64,000 nucleotides of DNA from an uncultured delta proteobacterium. Lineage in GTDB: Bacteria; Desulfobacterota; Syntrophia; Syntrophales; UBA5619. Of the stretch, positions 10,645-20,017 are shown piece by piece. The stretch's first letter is position 1. Each line of letters starts with the position of its first letter. The position numbers and the translations under genes were made by a program. The DNA lies in contig CAWFOM010000002.1 in the NCBI GenBank assembly GCA_963817385.1, positions 77,322-141,321 on the forward strand, in the 5' to 3' direction. Below the pieces are notes generated by a model. The model saw only the letters and a list, made by a program, of their open reading frames with translations, searched no databases and had not been told where the DNA came from.

Positions 10645-11331
10645 ATGGAAAAAATGGAATGTCTCCACTGCGGCAGCCCCCTGGGAAACGGCGTGGCGGT
10701 CTGCGGAGAATGCGGCAAGGAAGTAATCGATCAGGAGAAGAGCGCCCCCCAGGAAGAGCCGCAGCAGAGCGGGAAGAAAATCTATGCCATCCTCGCCATT
10801 TTTCTGGTTGTGGTGGGAGGCGCGGCCCTGCTGATGTTCACCGGCCTTCTCCCCAATCCCCTCAAGGGCGGTTCGACGGCAGCCATTGTTAACGGTGAAA
10901 AGATATCCACGGCAGATGTGGACCAGAAAGTTGAGGTCTATAAGAAAATGTCCGGGCAGGGGGGCAAGATGGATTTTTCCAGCCCCGAGGGGAAAAAGGC
11001 CTTGGCGGGTATGAGAATGCAGATCCTGGATACAATGATTCAGGAGAAAATACTGATGACCGAGGCGATCAAAGACAAGATCACCGTCTCCCCCCAGGAT
11101 ATCGCCGACCGGATCAGTGCGATAAAGAAAGGGATGAATCTATCCGATAAGGATTTCGAGGCGTTTCTGAAAAGTCACAACATGAGCATGCCCAGCTTTG
11201 AAAAACGGCTCGAAAGGGATCTTTTAATCAGCAAGCTTCTCGCCAAAGGCACGCAAGAGAAGGGCATAACCAAGGATGCGTTGCTTCAGGAGCTCAATGC
11301 GCGGGCCAAGGTCGAGATCCTGCTCAAATAG
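10645..11331 (+). CDS. Membrane-anchored SurA N-terminal domain protein with N-terminal zinc ribbon
   Basis: CLHCG..CGECG ribbon, one TM, then AAIVNGEKI..ILDTMIQEKIL SurA_N-like region. Confidence 0.75.
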   Translation: MEKMECLHCGSPLGNGVAVCGECGKEVIDQEKSAPQEEPQQSGKKIYAILAIFLVVVGGAALLMFTGLLPNPLKGGSTAAIVNGEKISTADVDQKVEVYKKMSGQGGKMDFSSPEGKKALAGMRMQILDTMIQEKILMTEAIKDKITVSPQDIADRISAIKKGMNLSDKDFEAFLKSHNMSMPSFEKRLERDLLISKLLAKGTQEKGITKDALLQELNARAKVEILLK

Positions 11332-11378
11332 AGTCCACTCCATCGGTCAGCATGCGGGGGAGAAGGAGGCCCGCTTTC

Positions 11379-11834
11379 TCAGCCATCCCTGTCGCCTTTC
11401 TCCTGCCTGGCCGCTCTTTCGTTGAGGAGCGTCAACATTTCCCGTTCCCTCGCGATCTCTTCCGAGCAGTATATCCACAGGTGATAGTTCTCCAGCCCAA
11501 AGATGGTCGCCCCTGCCGCAAACACGGCCCAGAAGTTCTCCGGGAGTTTGCCGGAAAAATGGTAGAAAAAATAGAAGCCGGCGAGATAACCCACGTGGCC
11601 GATGCCGCTGTACCTGCCTGACCCGCTCATCATCCGCGACAGGATAAGGATGATGGCGGAAAATATGTACAGCAGAAGTACGGCACTGATCATGTTTACG
11701 GAAGGGGGGGTTCCCAGAATCGTGCGGATGTGATCAGGCAGAGAGGGAAAAAAAGAAAAATCGTTCAGCGCCGCCATGCTCAGAAGAAGGAAGAGAGCCG
11801 TGGCCAGAAGCTCTGCCGTCATCGTTTTGTGCAT
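11379..11834 (-). CDS. cbcE: Membrane protein resembling Geobacter Cbc5 subunit CbcE
   Basis: ~4 TM; LGTPPS..IS...YIFSAIILILSRM and GYLAGFYFFYHF..L.ENFWAVF match my recollection of Geobacter 'menaquinol oxidoreductase' membrane subunits; adjacent to a CbcD-like gene. Start uncertain. Confidence 0.6.
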   Translation of the reverse strand: MHKTMTAELLATALFLLLSMAALNDFSFFPSLPDHIRTILGTPPSVNMISAVLLLYIFSAIILILSRMMSGSGRYSGIGHVGYLAGFYFFYHFSGKLPENFWAVFAAGATIFGLENYHLWIYCSEEIAREREMLTLLNERAARQEKGDRDG

Positions 11835-11921
11835 ATGACGGATGTTGTCCAGCGTTTCCTTCCGGATTCGGTTCGGGATTTTGGCTGAAGTCCGGTGTTT
11901 CCTTTTCGTCTCCCAGGCGAG

Positions 11922-12743
11922 TTACTCCCCTTTTTTCCATTTTGCCGTGTCCCGCCGGATGCCGTTCAATTCCCTGACAATACTCCTGATATTGCCGGAT
12001 AGTTTTTCAATTTCCGTCCCCCCGCGAGGGATCTCCTGATCAATCCCCTGAATGGTCTTTTCGGTGAATTCGACAAGTGAATTCAACGGGATGAAGACGT
12101 ATCGCCTGAGAAGGGCAGCCACGCCCCCGACCGTTACCAGAAGAACCATGATGCTGAAGATGATCATTCGGCTTCTCATGACCGCAAGATTGTTGACCAG
12201 GGGCGCGGCGGACAGGCCGATATCCAGGGTGCCCAGGATCTTCTGTTCCGCCGTATGGACGTGACAGGCAGCTTGGTAGCAGCTCGGTTCATTGTAGATG
12301 GGGGCGGTAATGGCGATGACATCCCTCCCCTTGTCGTTGACAAAGCGGCGAGCCTGCTTCATGTCACCCAGGCTGGCGGCGGGGACGGGGCCGCTGTGGC
12401 ATTCGATGCAGCCCGCGGCGTTTTTGTCCAGGAGCCTCCCCGTTTCACCGTGGTCACTGGAAAACATGATGAGCCCCTTCTTGTTGAAGATCCGCACATG
12501 TTCGACACTCTCCTGGGTTCCGATGTTATCGATGATGTTGCCCAGGGATTCCCGGTCGTCATGCAGCATCGCGTACCGGGTCGACTTGATGATAGTGCTC
12601 GCCTGGTTGGTTTCATACCGTATCACGTCGTTCGTCATATCCGTCTTCATGATCGCATACAGAAGAATGCAGCAGACGATGACGAAGCCCGTCACAGACA
12701 CCGTGACTGGAATGATGGCCCGGGCGGTCAATGATTTAAGCAT
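11922..12743 (-). CDS. cbcD: Two-TM heme-motif periplasmic domain plus HAMP-like tail, no output domain (CbcD-like)
   Basis: TM - periplasmic domain with CIECH and CYQAACH - TM - short HAMP-like helix, then stop; architecture described for Geobacter CbcD. Confidence 0.65.
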   Translation of the reverse strand: MLKSLTARAIIPVTVSVTGFVIVCCILLYAIMKTDMTNDVIRYETNQASTIIKSTRYAMLHDDRESLGNIIDNIGTQESVEHVRIFNKKGLIMFSSDHGETGRLLDKNAAGCIECHSGPVPAASLGDMKQARRFVNDKGRDVIAITAPIYNEPSCYQAACHVHTAEQKILGTLDIGLSAAPLVNNLAVMRSRMIIFSIMVLLVTVGGVAALLRRYVFIPLNSLVEFTEKTIQGIDQEIPRGGTEIEKLSGNIRSIVRELNGIRRDTAKWKKGE

Positions 12744-12974
12744 ATACGTCCTCCTATCGAACTACCACTCACCTTCCCTATGCAGAATTGCGGCGCCTGA
12801 TCGGCCGTTTGTGGCTATTGTTGGCGGCGGTATTCTATCAGGCCGGTCTGCAATGATCATAACGCCTTCCGGGACGGTATTATAAGCAAGCCGGCCTTAC
12901 TTGCAAAGAGAAATCTATTTTTACTTTACGGAACCAACCGTACACTAACGGACGTTTCTGCGGGACAGCGTAAG

Positions 12975-13004
12975 AAAAAGGCGGACCCCGAAGAGTCCGC
13001 CTTG
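12975..13004 (-). terminator. Rho-independent terminator of decaheme gene 1
   Basis: Minus strand AAGGCGGAC-TCTTCGGG-GTCCGCCTT followed by T-run. Confidence 0.8.
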
Positions 13005-13101
13005 GTTTATGGATCCGCCTCATGGAAAGGCGGGGGTTGAAAGAATGTAAGCTGAGCGGGCCTTGCGGCCCGCTCACATGCACGAAATTTGAACCCGATT
13101 A

Positions 13102-15243
13102 CTATTTTCCACCATTCTGCAAGAAGTGGTCAATTGCACCCGGTTTATCTGCATGACAGCCGATACAGGCTCTTTCAGACACACCGGCGGCCTTAAACGC
13201 GGTGCTGGTCGAGGTGTGGCAGGTGATGCAGCGTGGTGCTCCTGTTGCCGTCACAAGACCTGTTGTTGCGTCTCTGCCGGATGGCATACCCTGCGGGTAG
13301 GTGATTGCCGTCCAATCGATATCCAGCAGATCGCCTTTCATGGAAGCGGAATGGATGGCATGCACCCGGTTGTCAATGGGATCCGCATGATTGCCCGACT
13401 TATCATGGCAGGAGATACACTCATCCGTGTCAAAGACGACGGAGTGGCGGGCGTTATGGGCTTCCAAGGTTCCGGTGCCGTGGCAATCCACACAGGCATT
13501 GCCGGAAAGTTTTTGCTCCGCCGTGGCCGTGCCGATCTGGATGGTCTTAAATGCGGTTGAATCAATCTTGTAGTCAGTATCGGCTTTATAGCCGTAATTC
13601 GCGGCGATGAACCGAACCATGTAGGTACCGCTCGTCATGCCGGCAGGGATTGCCGTCAGCTTGTACTTGAAGCCTGTCGAATCGGTGAGGACCTGGGCAT
13701 CCGTGGTGGTCACAAACAAGGGTTGGGCCTGGGTCGGAACACCTGCGGCAGAAAGGGTAGCTGCAGACTTGGTCAATACCGGTTTGGCATTGGCGCGGGG
13801 ACCGTAGACATAGAGTGATGCCTTGCTGAGGCTACCAGCGACAAAGGTCCCGGCCGCATGCTTCGCAGCGGTGTACAGTGTGCCGGGGACAGCCACGCTG
13901 GTTGCCTTGTCCTTCAAGGTCACGGTGACCGTCGGGGCTTCGCCGGTTACATAGTGCGTGCCGTTTGCCGGAGCGGTGATGGTCATCGTAGCGACGTACT
14001 CCGGTACATCCTTGGCGGCGTGTGTGACCGCATGTGCTTCGGTAACGCTCTTACCAAACCCAGTCCCGGTAGCCGGGTGACAGACAGTACACGCGGGCGA
14101 ATCACCGCCGGGGTGGCCTGTAGGGAAGCCTTCGTGGCAGCTGCCGCAGATCTCGGCAGTCGGATTGTTCTTCCAGTTGTCGATCTTGTCGCCGGCGCCC
14201 AGAGTCTTGCCGCTGGCGGTATGACAGACGACGCAGTCATTGATCGGCTGAGGATAGGTGACATCCTTATAGCCGGCGCCCAGGATCCGGGTCGGGAACT
14301 CGGGGACGTCGATTGCGGCATGAATCTCGTGAATGAATTTAGGCAGGTAGACAGCCTTTGCTGCGGTGCCTGACAACGGGGAGTGGCACATTACGCAAGC
14401 CAGGGTATCCCGGTAGCTGCTGCCGTGGGCTGCTCCATTCAATTGCGGGCCGTGACATTTCTGACAGGCCTCGATGGTAACATACTGATTTTGGGGGTTT
14501 GCAAGTGCCACAGCAGTAGCGCCCGGCGCAGGAACGTTAAAATCAAGGATACCGGCAGCGTTGCCAACGCCTGCTACAGTGCTGGTTACCCGTATATACA
14601 AGCGCTGGGGGTGAGCAGAATTATAGTCAGTGTTAACAGATGGATTAGTTCGTGGATTAGTTGCTGATGGGACTCCTGTAAGTGATGTAGATTTGACCCC
14701 GAAGACTTTCGGGAATGTGAAGCTATAATTGCCGCTACCTAAGTCAGTAAAATTGGGTTGAAAAGATTCATAGGCCCAGGTCTGAAAGTAGGGGCTACCA
14801 TACGTGTTCGTTCCGGTGTTGGCGGGGACCTGATCGGCAATATAAAACGCCACATCGCCACCCGCGGTCCCCGTGCCTTTCGTGATCGCGTATGCGGCCG
14901 TACCATTTTTAACAGTGAACGTAACCATTGGTTCACCGGTGGCAGTTGCCGACACGACAATATTCGATACGGTCAGGTTTTTCTCATTCAACCTTGGTTT
15001 GGTGCGCGTATTAGTCGCCGTGTCCAAGGTAAAACCGTGCATTATCTCGACACTCGCCACATCATTCGCGTTGTGGCAGACCTTACAGGATTCTTCGGTA
15101 AGGGTCACGGGACCTGCCGGGCCTGTTGCGCCAGTGGCGCCTGCGGCACCGTCGCTGCCGCCGCTGCAACCGCTCAGCGCGAGTGCGGCAACGGCAAGAA
15201 ATGAGATAATAATGCCAATTTTTTTCCACTGCTTACCTTTCAT
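13102..15243 (-). CDS. OmcA/MtrC-family decaheme outer-membrane lipoprotein cytochrome (paralog 1)
   Basis: Lipobox LSG-C, G-x-x tether, 10 CxxCH, beta-rich interheme domains, IHEIH and YPQ..CxxCH..W...P....CGSCH motifs. Confidence 0.9.
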   Translation of the reverse strand: MKGKQWKKIGIIISFLAVAALALSGCSGGSDGAAGATGATGPAGPVTLTEESCKVCHNANDVASVEIMHGFTLDTATNTRTKPRLNEKNLTVSNIVVSATATGEPMVTFTVKNGTAAYAITKGTGTAGGDVAFYIADQVPANTGTNTYGSPYFQTWAYESFQPNFTDLGSGNYSFTFPKVFGVKSTSLTGVPSATNPRTNPSVNTDYNSAHPQRLYIRVTSTVAGVGNAAGILDFNVPAPGATAVALANPQNQYVTIEACQKCHGPQLNGAAHGSSYRDTLACVMCHSPLSGTAAKAVYLPKFIHEIHAAIDVPEFPTRILGAGYKDVTYPQPINDCVVCHTASGKTLGAGDKIDNWKNNPTAEICGSCHEGFPTGHPGGDSPACTVCHPATGTGFGKSVTEAHAVTHAAKDVPEYVATMTITAPANGTHYVTGEAPTVTVTLKDKATSVAVPGTLYTAAKHAAGTFVAGSLSKASLYVYGPRANAKPVLTKSAATLSAAGVPTQAQPLFVTTTDAQVLTDSTGFKYKLTAIPAGMTSGTYMVRFIAANYGYKADTDYKIDSTAFKTIQIGTATAEQKLSGNACVDCHGTGTLEAHNARHSVVFDTDECISCHDKSGNHADPIDNRVHAIHSASMKGDLLDIDWTAITYPQGMPSGRDATTGLVTATGAPRCITCHTSTSTAFKAAGVSERACIGCHADKPGAIDHFLQNGGK

Positions 15244-15390
15244 ATGACACCCTCCTTATTAAGAAAATCACCCCATTTAACTGTCTCATCGGTTGCTTCT
15301 GAACAACCACCGACACTCCGCGAAGCCCTATCACATTGAGAAAATATTTACAACGACAATTATGCATTTTTTATAAAAATTTTATACACA

Positions 15391-15405
15391 GCGATAAATG
15401 TTCCA
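15391..15405 (-). promoter_or_regulatory. Sigma54 -24/-12 promoter (proximal copy) for decaheme paralog 1
   Basis: Minus strand TGGAACATTTATCGC with correct GG-N10-GC spacing. Confidence 0.7.
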
Positions 15406-15503
15406 TGACCGTGGATATATTAATGTTTATATAATCAACCCCGAGCGGAAATGGAGTGCCGCACTCTGCAATGATGCATTTTGCAAAAAAAAATTTATAC
15501 ACC

Positions 15504-15518
15504 GCAACAAATGTTCCA
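15504..15518 (-). promoter_or_regulatory. Sigma54 -24/-12 promoter (distal copy) for decaheme paralog 1
   Basis: Minus strand TGGAACATTTGTTGC, near consensus. Confidence 0.8.
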
Positions 15519-15837
15519 TAACCACCGAAATATAATGGTTTATATGATCAACACCCAGTAAAAATGGATTGTCGCACCCTTCAATGGCAAACGATAATAT
15601 CGCCGATCTTCATACCGCCAATTGCCGAGGCGAGGAGGTGAAAAATCACAGCATATGTTTGGCCGGCTTCTCAAACCGGCGGAACATAAATACCTTGAAA
15701 AAAATATCCACCTGATCTACCCTCCGGCGATTGGAATTGATATTTGCTATTTTTACCCCTCATGACGACGCGAGGGTTCAGAGGCGCGATCCCGGATAAC
15801 ATAAAACCATTACAGGTTCGATTTGCGGAGAGAAATA

Positions 15838-16302
15838 ATGAGACGAAATAGAATGTTTTTGATGATGATGGCAGGAATGGTATGCATGCTTCTCGTATCC
15901 TGCAGCGACAAGAAAACCGACGGGAAAGCTGACCGGTGGATTCATTATGGAACGTCAACGGATGGTAGCCAAAAGCATTACGATAAACAAAGTATTACCA
16001 CGGTAAGTCCGAAGGTTGTCAAAGTATGGGATAGGACAAAACTATCACCGGACGCAAAAAATAAAGTCATCGAACAGCGAAAGAAATCCCAATTGCCGAC
16101 GGACGGCTGGGAAAAATTAGATAACGTTCGACTTCTTCGGGAGATGGACTGTGCTAATCATACGTACAAAATAGTTAAGGTTGAAGATTATAATGAGAGC
16201 GGAAGTATAATATACGAAGCCGACTATCCAAATCCGAAAGGAGAAAATATTCCGCCCGGGACAACGATTGATTCACTTCTGAAGGAAGTTTGTCCGAAGT
16301 AA
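15838..16302 (+). CDS. Lipoprotein, surface-adhesin E-like domain
   Basis: Lipobox LVS-C; W..YG...YDKQSI..VKVW, EMDC and IPPGT...L...VC pattern; AT-rich. Confidence 0.65.
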   Translation: MRRNRMFLMMMAGMVCMLLVSCSDKKTDGKADRWIHYGTSTDGSQKHYDKQSITTVSPKVVKVWDRTKLSPDAKNKVIEQRKKSQLPTDGWEKLDNVRLLREMDCANHTYKIVKVEDYNESGSIIYEADYPNPKGENIPPGTTIDSLLKEVCPK

Positions 16303-16328
16303 CCGTTACCGCCTGAACCGACGCCGGA

Positions 16329-16694
16329 TCAGGCGGTCTCCTCGATGATTCTGCGGGCGAGCATTTTTACCTGGAGCAGGTCGAAGGGCTTGGTGATGAA
16401 CATATAGGCGTCCTTTTCGATGCTTTCCTGCATGGCGTTGTTAACGACTCCCGCCGTCATAACGATCACTTTAGTTTGGGGGGATACTTCTTTGATCTTT
16501 TTCAACACTTCCACACCGTCCAGATCGGGCAGGCAAAGGTCGAGAAAACAGAGCTGGTAGGCGGAAGAAGCGATCTCCAGCAGTGCCGAATTTCCCGTTT
16601 CTACCGTCTTGATCTCCGTGGATGCGGTTTGCAGTGCTTTGTCGAATCCCTGGAGAAAGAAACTATCATCGTCAACAACAAGAATCTTCTTCAT
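16329..16694 (-). CDS. Single-domain response regulator (receiver only)
   Basis: ILVVDDD, FLDLCLPDLDG, VMTA, ITKPFD. Confidence 0.92.
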   Translation of the reverse strand: MKKILVVDDDSFFLQGFDKALQTASTEIKTVETGNSALLEIASSAYQLCFLDLCLPDLDGVEVLKKIKEVSPQTKVIVMTAGVVNNAMQESIEKDAYMFITKPFDLLQVKMLARRIIEETA

Positions 16695-16828
16695 TACCGC
16701 AAATCACCGCCCGATGCTGCATCGCGTTTTCACGCTTGGCTTCAGATGCTCTCAATCCTCATTCCACCAACCCCTTCTCCGCGACGATAGGGGATAACGA
16801 TTCCTGCAATACCTGCATTCAAAATAAC

Positions 16829-16843
16829 GCAACTACTATGCCA
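16829..16843 (-). promoter_or_regulatory. Sigma54 promoter for the single-domain response regulator
   Basis: Minus strand TGGCATAGTAGTTGC. Confidence 0.8.
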
Positions 16844-16931
16844 CACCCCGCGAAGAGAACAAATGTCCTTTTCTTCATGGGGGTTGTGAGTGGGCCGTAT
16901 CGCCGCAATCACTGCGGCGGATGGAGATGTA

Positions 16932-16966
16932 TGGTGATATCACCAAGCGAGGTGGTGATATCACCA
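16932..16966. promoter_or_regulatory. Tandem palindromic enhancer (UAS) TGGTGATATCACCA x2
   Basis: Two identical perfect 14-bp palindromes at 16932 and 16953 (21-bp period), midway between divergent sigma54 promoters. Confidence 0.85.
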
Positions 16967-17040
16967 GGTGCCTTTCCGTGCAGCCACGGGTCGCTATTTA
17001 TAATAGGCCGGTTCCATTGAGTTTTCTTCATGAACGATAA

Positions 17041-17055
17041 TGGCACATTCGTTGC
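17041..17055 (+). promoter_or_regulatory. Sigma54 promoter for decaheme paralog 2
   Basis: TGGCACATTCGTTGC, near-perfect consensus. Confidence 0.88.
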
Positions 17056-17229
17056 TAAATATATTACCGCTTAATGTTTTTATGAGCTGTAACCGGGTAT
17101 CGTTCACGGGAAATATCATGAAAAAAGTAACTTCTCGTTATGGGCGAAGACCGATGGGGAAGGCGGAATGCTTGAGGTCGGATAAAGGAAATGAATGGAA
17201 TGATTGCTAAACAACAAGGAGGTCCACGC

Positions 17230-20017
17230 ATGAAAAGGTTAGAACTGTTTCGAAAGATGATGATTGCAGTCTTACTGGCGCTGCTTCTTGCCCTGGCCGG
17301 GTGCAGCAGCGGCAGCGACGGTGCCCCGGGTCCTGCGGGTCCTGCGGGCTCTGCGGGCTCTGCAGGGAGTGGAGCGCAAAACCTGGCAGCTAATACCGTC
17401 TACCAGCGAACAAATGTATCCACTCAAGGCGGAGTGCAAGCGAAACATGGAGATGGCTTGGCGGCTGACGTCCTTGCTGAAGAGGGACCGCTGGCTACGG
17501 TCGCGATCACCGGCGCCACTGCCAATGCCGCCGGCGTGGCGACGGTCACCTTCACCGTTAAGAACGCCGCCGGCGCCGCGGTAACCGGGATTGGCGCCGC
17601 CAACAGCGCCAGCTTCTTCATCTCCAGCCTGCAGCCCAAGGGAGGCGGCCTGTCCTATAACAAGTGGATCAACTACATCTGGCAAGCCAGCGGCGGGGTA
17701 AATCAGGCCTACCGCGAACGAAACTCGGCCGCCGGGGGCACCAATCCTTTAGTCGAAGGCCCCGCCGGTACATACACCTACACCTTTGCCCAGAACCTGG
17801 CCGCGGCCACTTTTCCCGTCGGGGGAGCGGCCATCACGTATGACCGTACCCGGACCCACCGGGTCATGGTGGCCCTGCGATTCAGCGGCGCCGGATATCA
17901 CGGCGGTACTACATTCGACTTCCGGCCGGATGGCGTCGCCATCACCGAGACGCGCAATATCGTCGAGGACGCGACCTGCCAGAAATGCCACAAAGATACG
18001 CCGGGGCACTACGGTCCTTTTAACGGTATAGCGAATGCCTGCGTCTCTTGCCACATCCCGGGCAGCTCATTGGTGAATCCCGGTGTAGCAGCGGGTAGTG
18101 ACGGCAAAACCAACACCCTCGAAGCATCGGTCATGCTCCACAAGATCCATGCCGGCAGGGAACTCGCCAGCGCGGCCGGCCCCGATGGAATCTTCTTTGA
18201 CGATCCGGCTACCGCCGCGAACGAAGCGGCCGACAACGGCACATACAACCTGGGCGGCCTCGACGCCACCTGGCGATCGGCCGCCTTCCCGGCGGTTCTT
18301 GATAACTGCGTGGTTTGCCACACCGAAGCGGTAGCAGGTACCTTGGCGCAAGTCGACAACTGGAAGACAGTCCCCTCCCGCGCGGCCTGCGGTTCTTGTC
18401 ATGACCTGATCGATTGGACAACCGGCGCAAACCACGCCGGAGGTGGGGCAGCTAACGACGACAACTGCGCCGTTTGCCATCCCGCCACGGGCACCGGGTT
18501 CGGTCAGTCCGTAACCGGAGCCCATAATTTTACCGCCAAAGACATTCGTAATATTCCGGAGTACACCGTCACCGTGACGACCGACACCCCCGCGAGAGGC
18601 TACTACATCAAAGGGGAAAGCCCGGTGATCACCATGGTGCTCAAGGACGCGGTGACCGGCGTCGCCATCGACCACACGACCGTGGTTGAGGATACCCACG
18701 CGGAAGGCTGCGTAACGAACGCGGATAAATCGGCCTGCACCAATGCCACCGATGGCACGTTCAGAGCCGCCAACATGTACGTGACCGGACCGCGCGCCAA
18801 GCCTATTCCGGTCCTGACCACCGCCGCCCGGGCGAAGATCACGAGCGCGACCGCAGGGCCGTGGGATCTGAGCGCCGGTGGCGCCGCTCTGCGCGTAGTG
18901 GTCGATAATGGCAACTTTATTGTCGAATTCGGTCATATCGGCGAGGATGTGCTCGTTCCCGGCGACTTCACCGTCACGTTGCCCGCCGCGGGCGCTTCTC
19001 TCAACGCGCTCTTCGCCAATCCGGCCGCCGCAACGGCCGCCGAGATCGTGGCATGGCTCAACGGCAACAAGGCCACGGTCGTGTACAATGAGAGGGATTT
19101 CCTCTTCAGCGACAGGGCCATCGCCTACGTGGAAGGCGGAAAGGTATCGATCCGCACCCGCGCTCTTGGCTCCGATAACCCGAGCATTCAGATACCCGCC
19201 CGGGTTTCTTCAACCAGCAAGGATGCGCTCAACGCGCTTCTGTTCACCGATAACGCCGTCAAGGTTGCCGGCGCCGCCGCTCAGGTTCGCAAGCGGACCA
19301 GCGCCGCGAATGACGATCCCAAGGCGGTCCGAACGGCCGCGAATATCAAGTACACCCTCGATCCGGTCGACGACCTGAGCGCGGGTACGTACATGATCAA
19401 CGTCGAGTTTGGCGAACGCGGGAACAACACGACCGCCGTTCCCGGGTCCTACCGCACGCCTTCCATCGCGGTAGCCACCTTCCAGGTCAAGCAGGCGGCC
19501 GTGGAGAAGCCGATGGCCGACGGCTGCACCTCGTGCCACTGGAGTACGTCCACTGTCGGGGCCGGTGCAGGCTTCGTGCTCGACCCCGATTCGCCACAAC
19601 AAACCCTTTAACGCGCAGGCGGTCGATCAGTGCGCCGGCTGCCATAACTACAAGTCAGGCGAGACGGTCGCCACCCGCACCTGGACCACCGGCGGCGGCA
19701 CCAAGCCTATCGCGAAGAGGGTGCACGCGGTCCACATGGGTGCGAATCTCAACTACCCGACACTCACGGTAGATCACGAGGAGAGCGTTGTAGGACGCGA
19801 TTGGCAGATCACCTACCCGATGGATACCCGCAACTGCGAGTCCTGCCATTCGGCCGCGACCAGCGGCTCATGGAAGACCAATCCCAATCGTCTTGCCTGT
19901 ATGGGGTGCCACGACTCCGATCAGGCCACGGCTCACATGCAGGTTCAAGTCGTGGATCCGACTCCGTCGGCTCCGTGGAGCGGCGACGAGAAGGAAAGCT
20001 GCGCAGCGTGCCATTAG
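17230..20017 (+). CDS. OmcA/MtrC-family decaheme lipoprotein cytochrome (paralog 2), +1 frameshift in C-run 19584-19587
   Basis: RBS GGAGG and ATG 17230; lipobox LAG-C; 6 CxxCH in the first ORF and 4 in 19565..20017; removing one C gives 928 aa with a 5+5 heme layout. Confidence 0.9.

Larger units (their letters stand above)
15362..15586. repeat. Imperfect tandem duplication (~112-113 bp x2) of the promoter region
   Basis: ATGCATTTT..TTTATACAC..AAATGTTCCAT..ATCAAC..AAATGGA..CGCAC..CAATG repeated at 15362 and 15474. Confidence 0.85.

Noticed and set aside
15362..15586. CRISPR array or ncRNA repeat
   Set aside because: Only two long degenerate units with no repeat-spacer structure and no cas genes; explained as promoter duplication
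17056..17229. Cyclic dinucleotide (GEMM) riboswitch in cytochrome leaders, also checked at 15244-15390 and 63904-64000
   Set aside because: No GCAAA..GAAA..GACGCAAAGC core found
17308..17372. Collagen-like G-x-x repeats after the lipobox of decahemes 1 and 2
   Set aside because: Only about 5-7 triplets; a short flexible tether commonly seen in MtrC-family lipoproteins
19584..19611. Programmed frameshift producing 6-heme and 10-heme isoforms of decaheme 2
   Set aside because: No slippery heptamer; a CCCC run with one extra base fits the window-wide insertion error pattern
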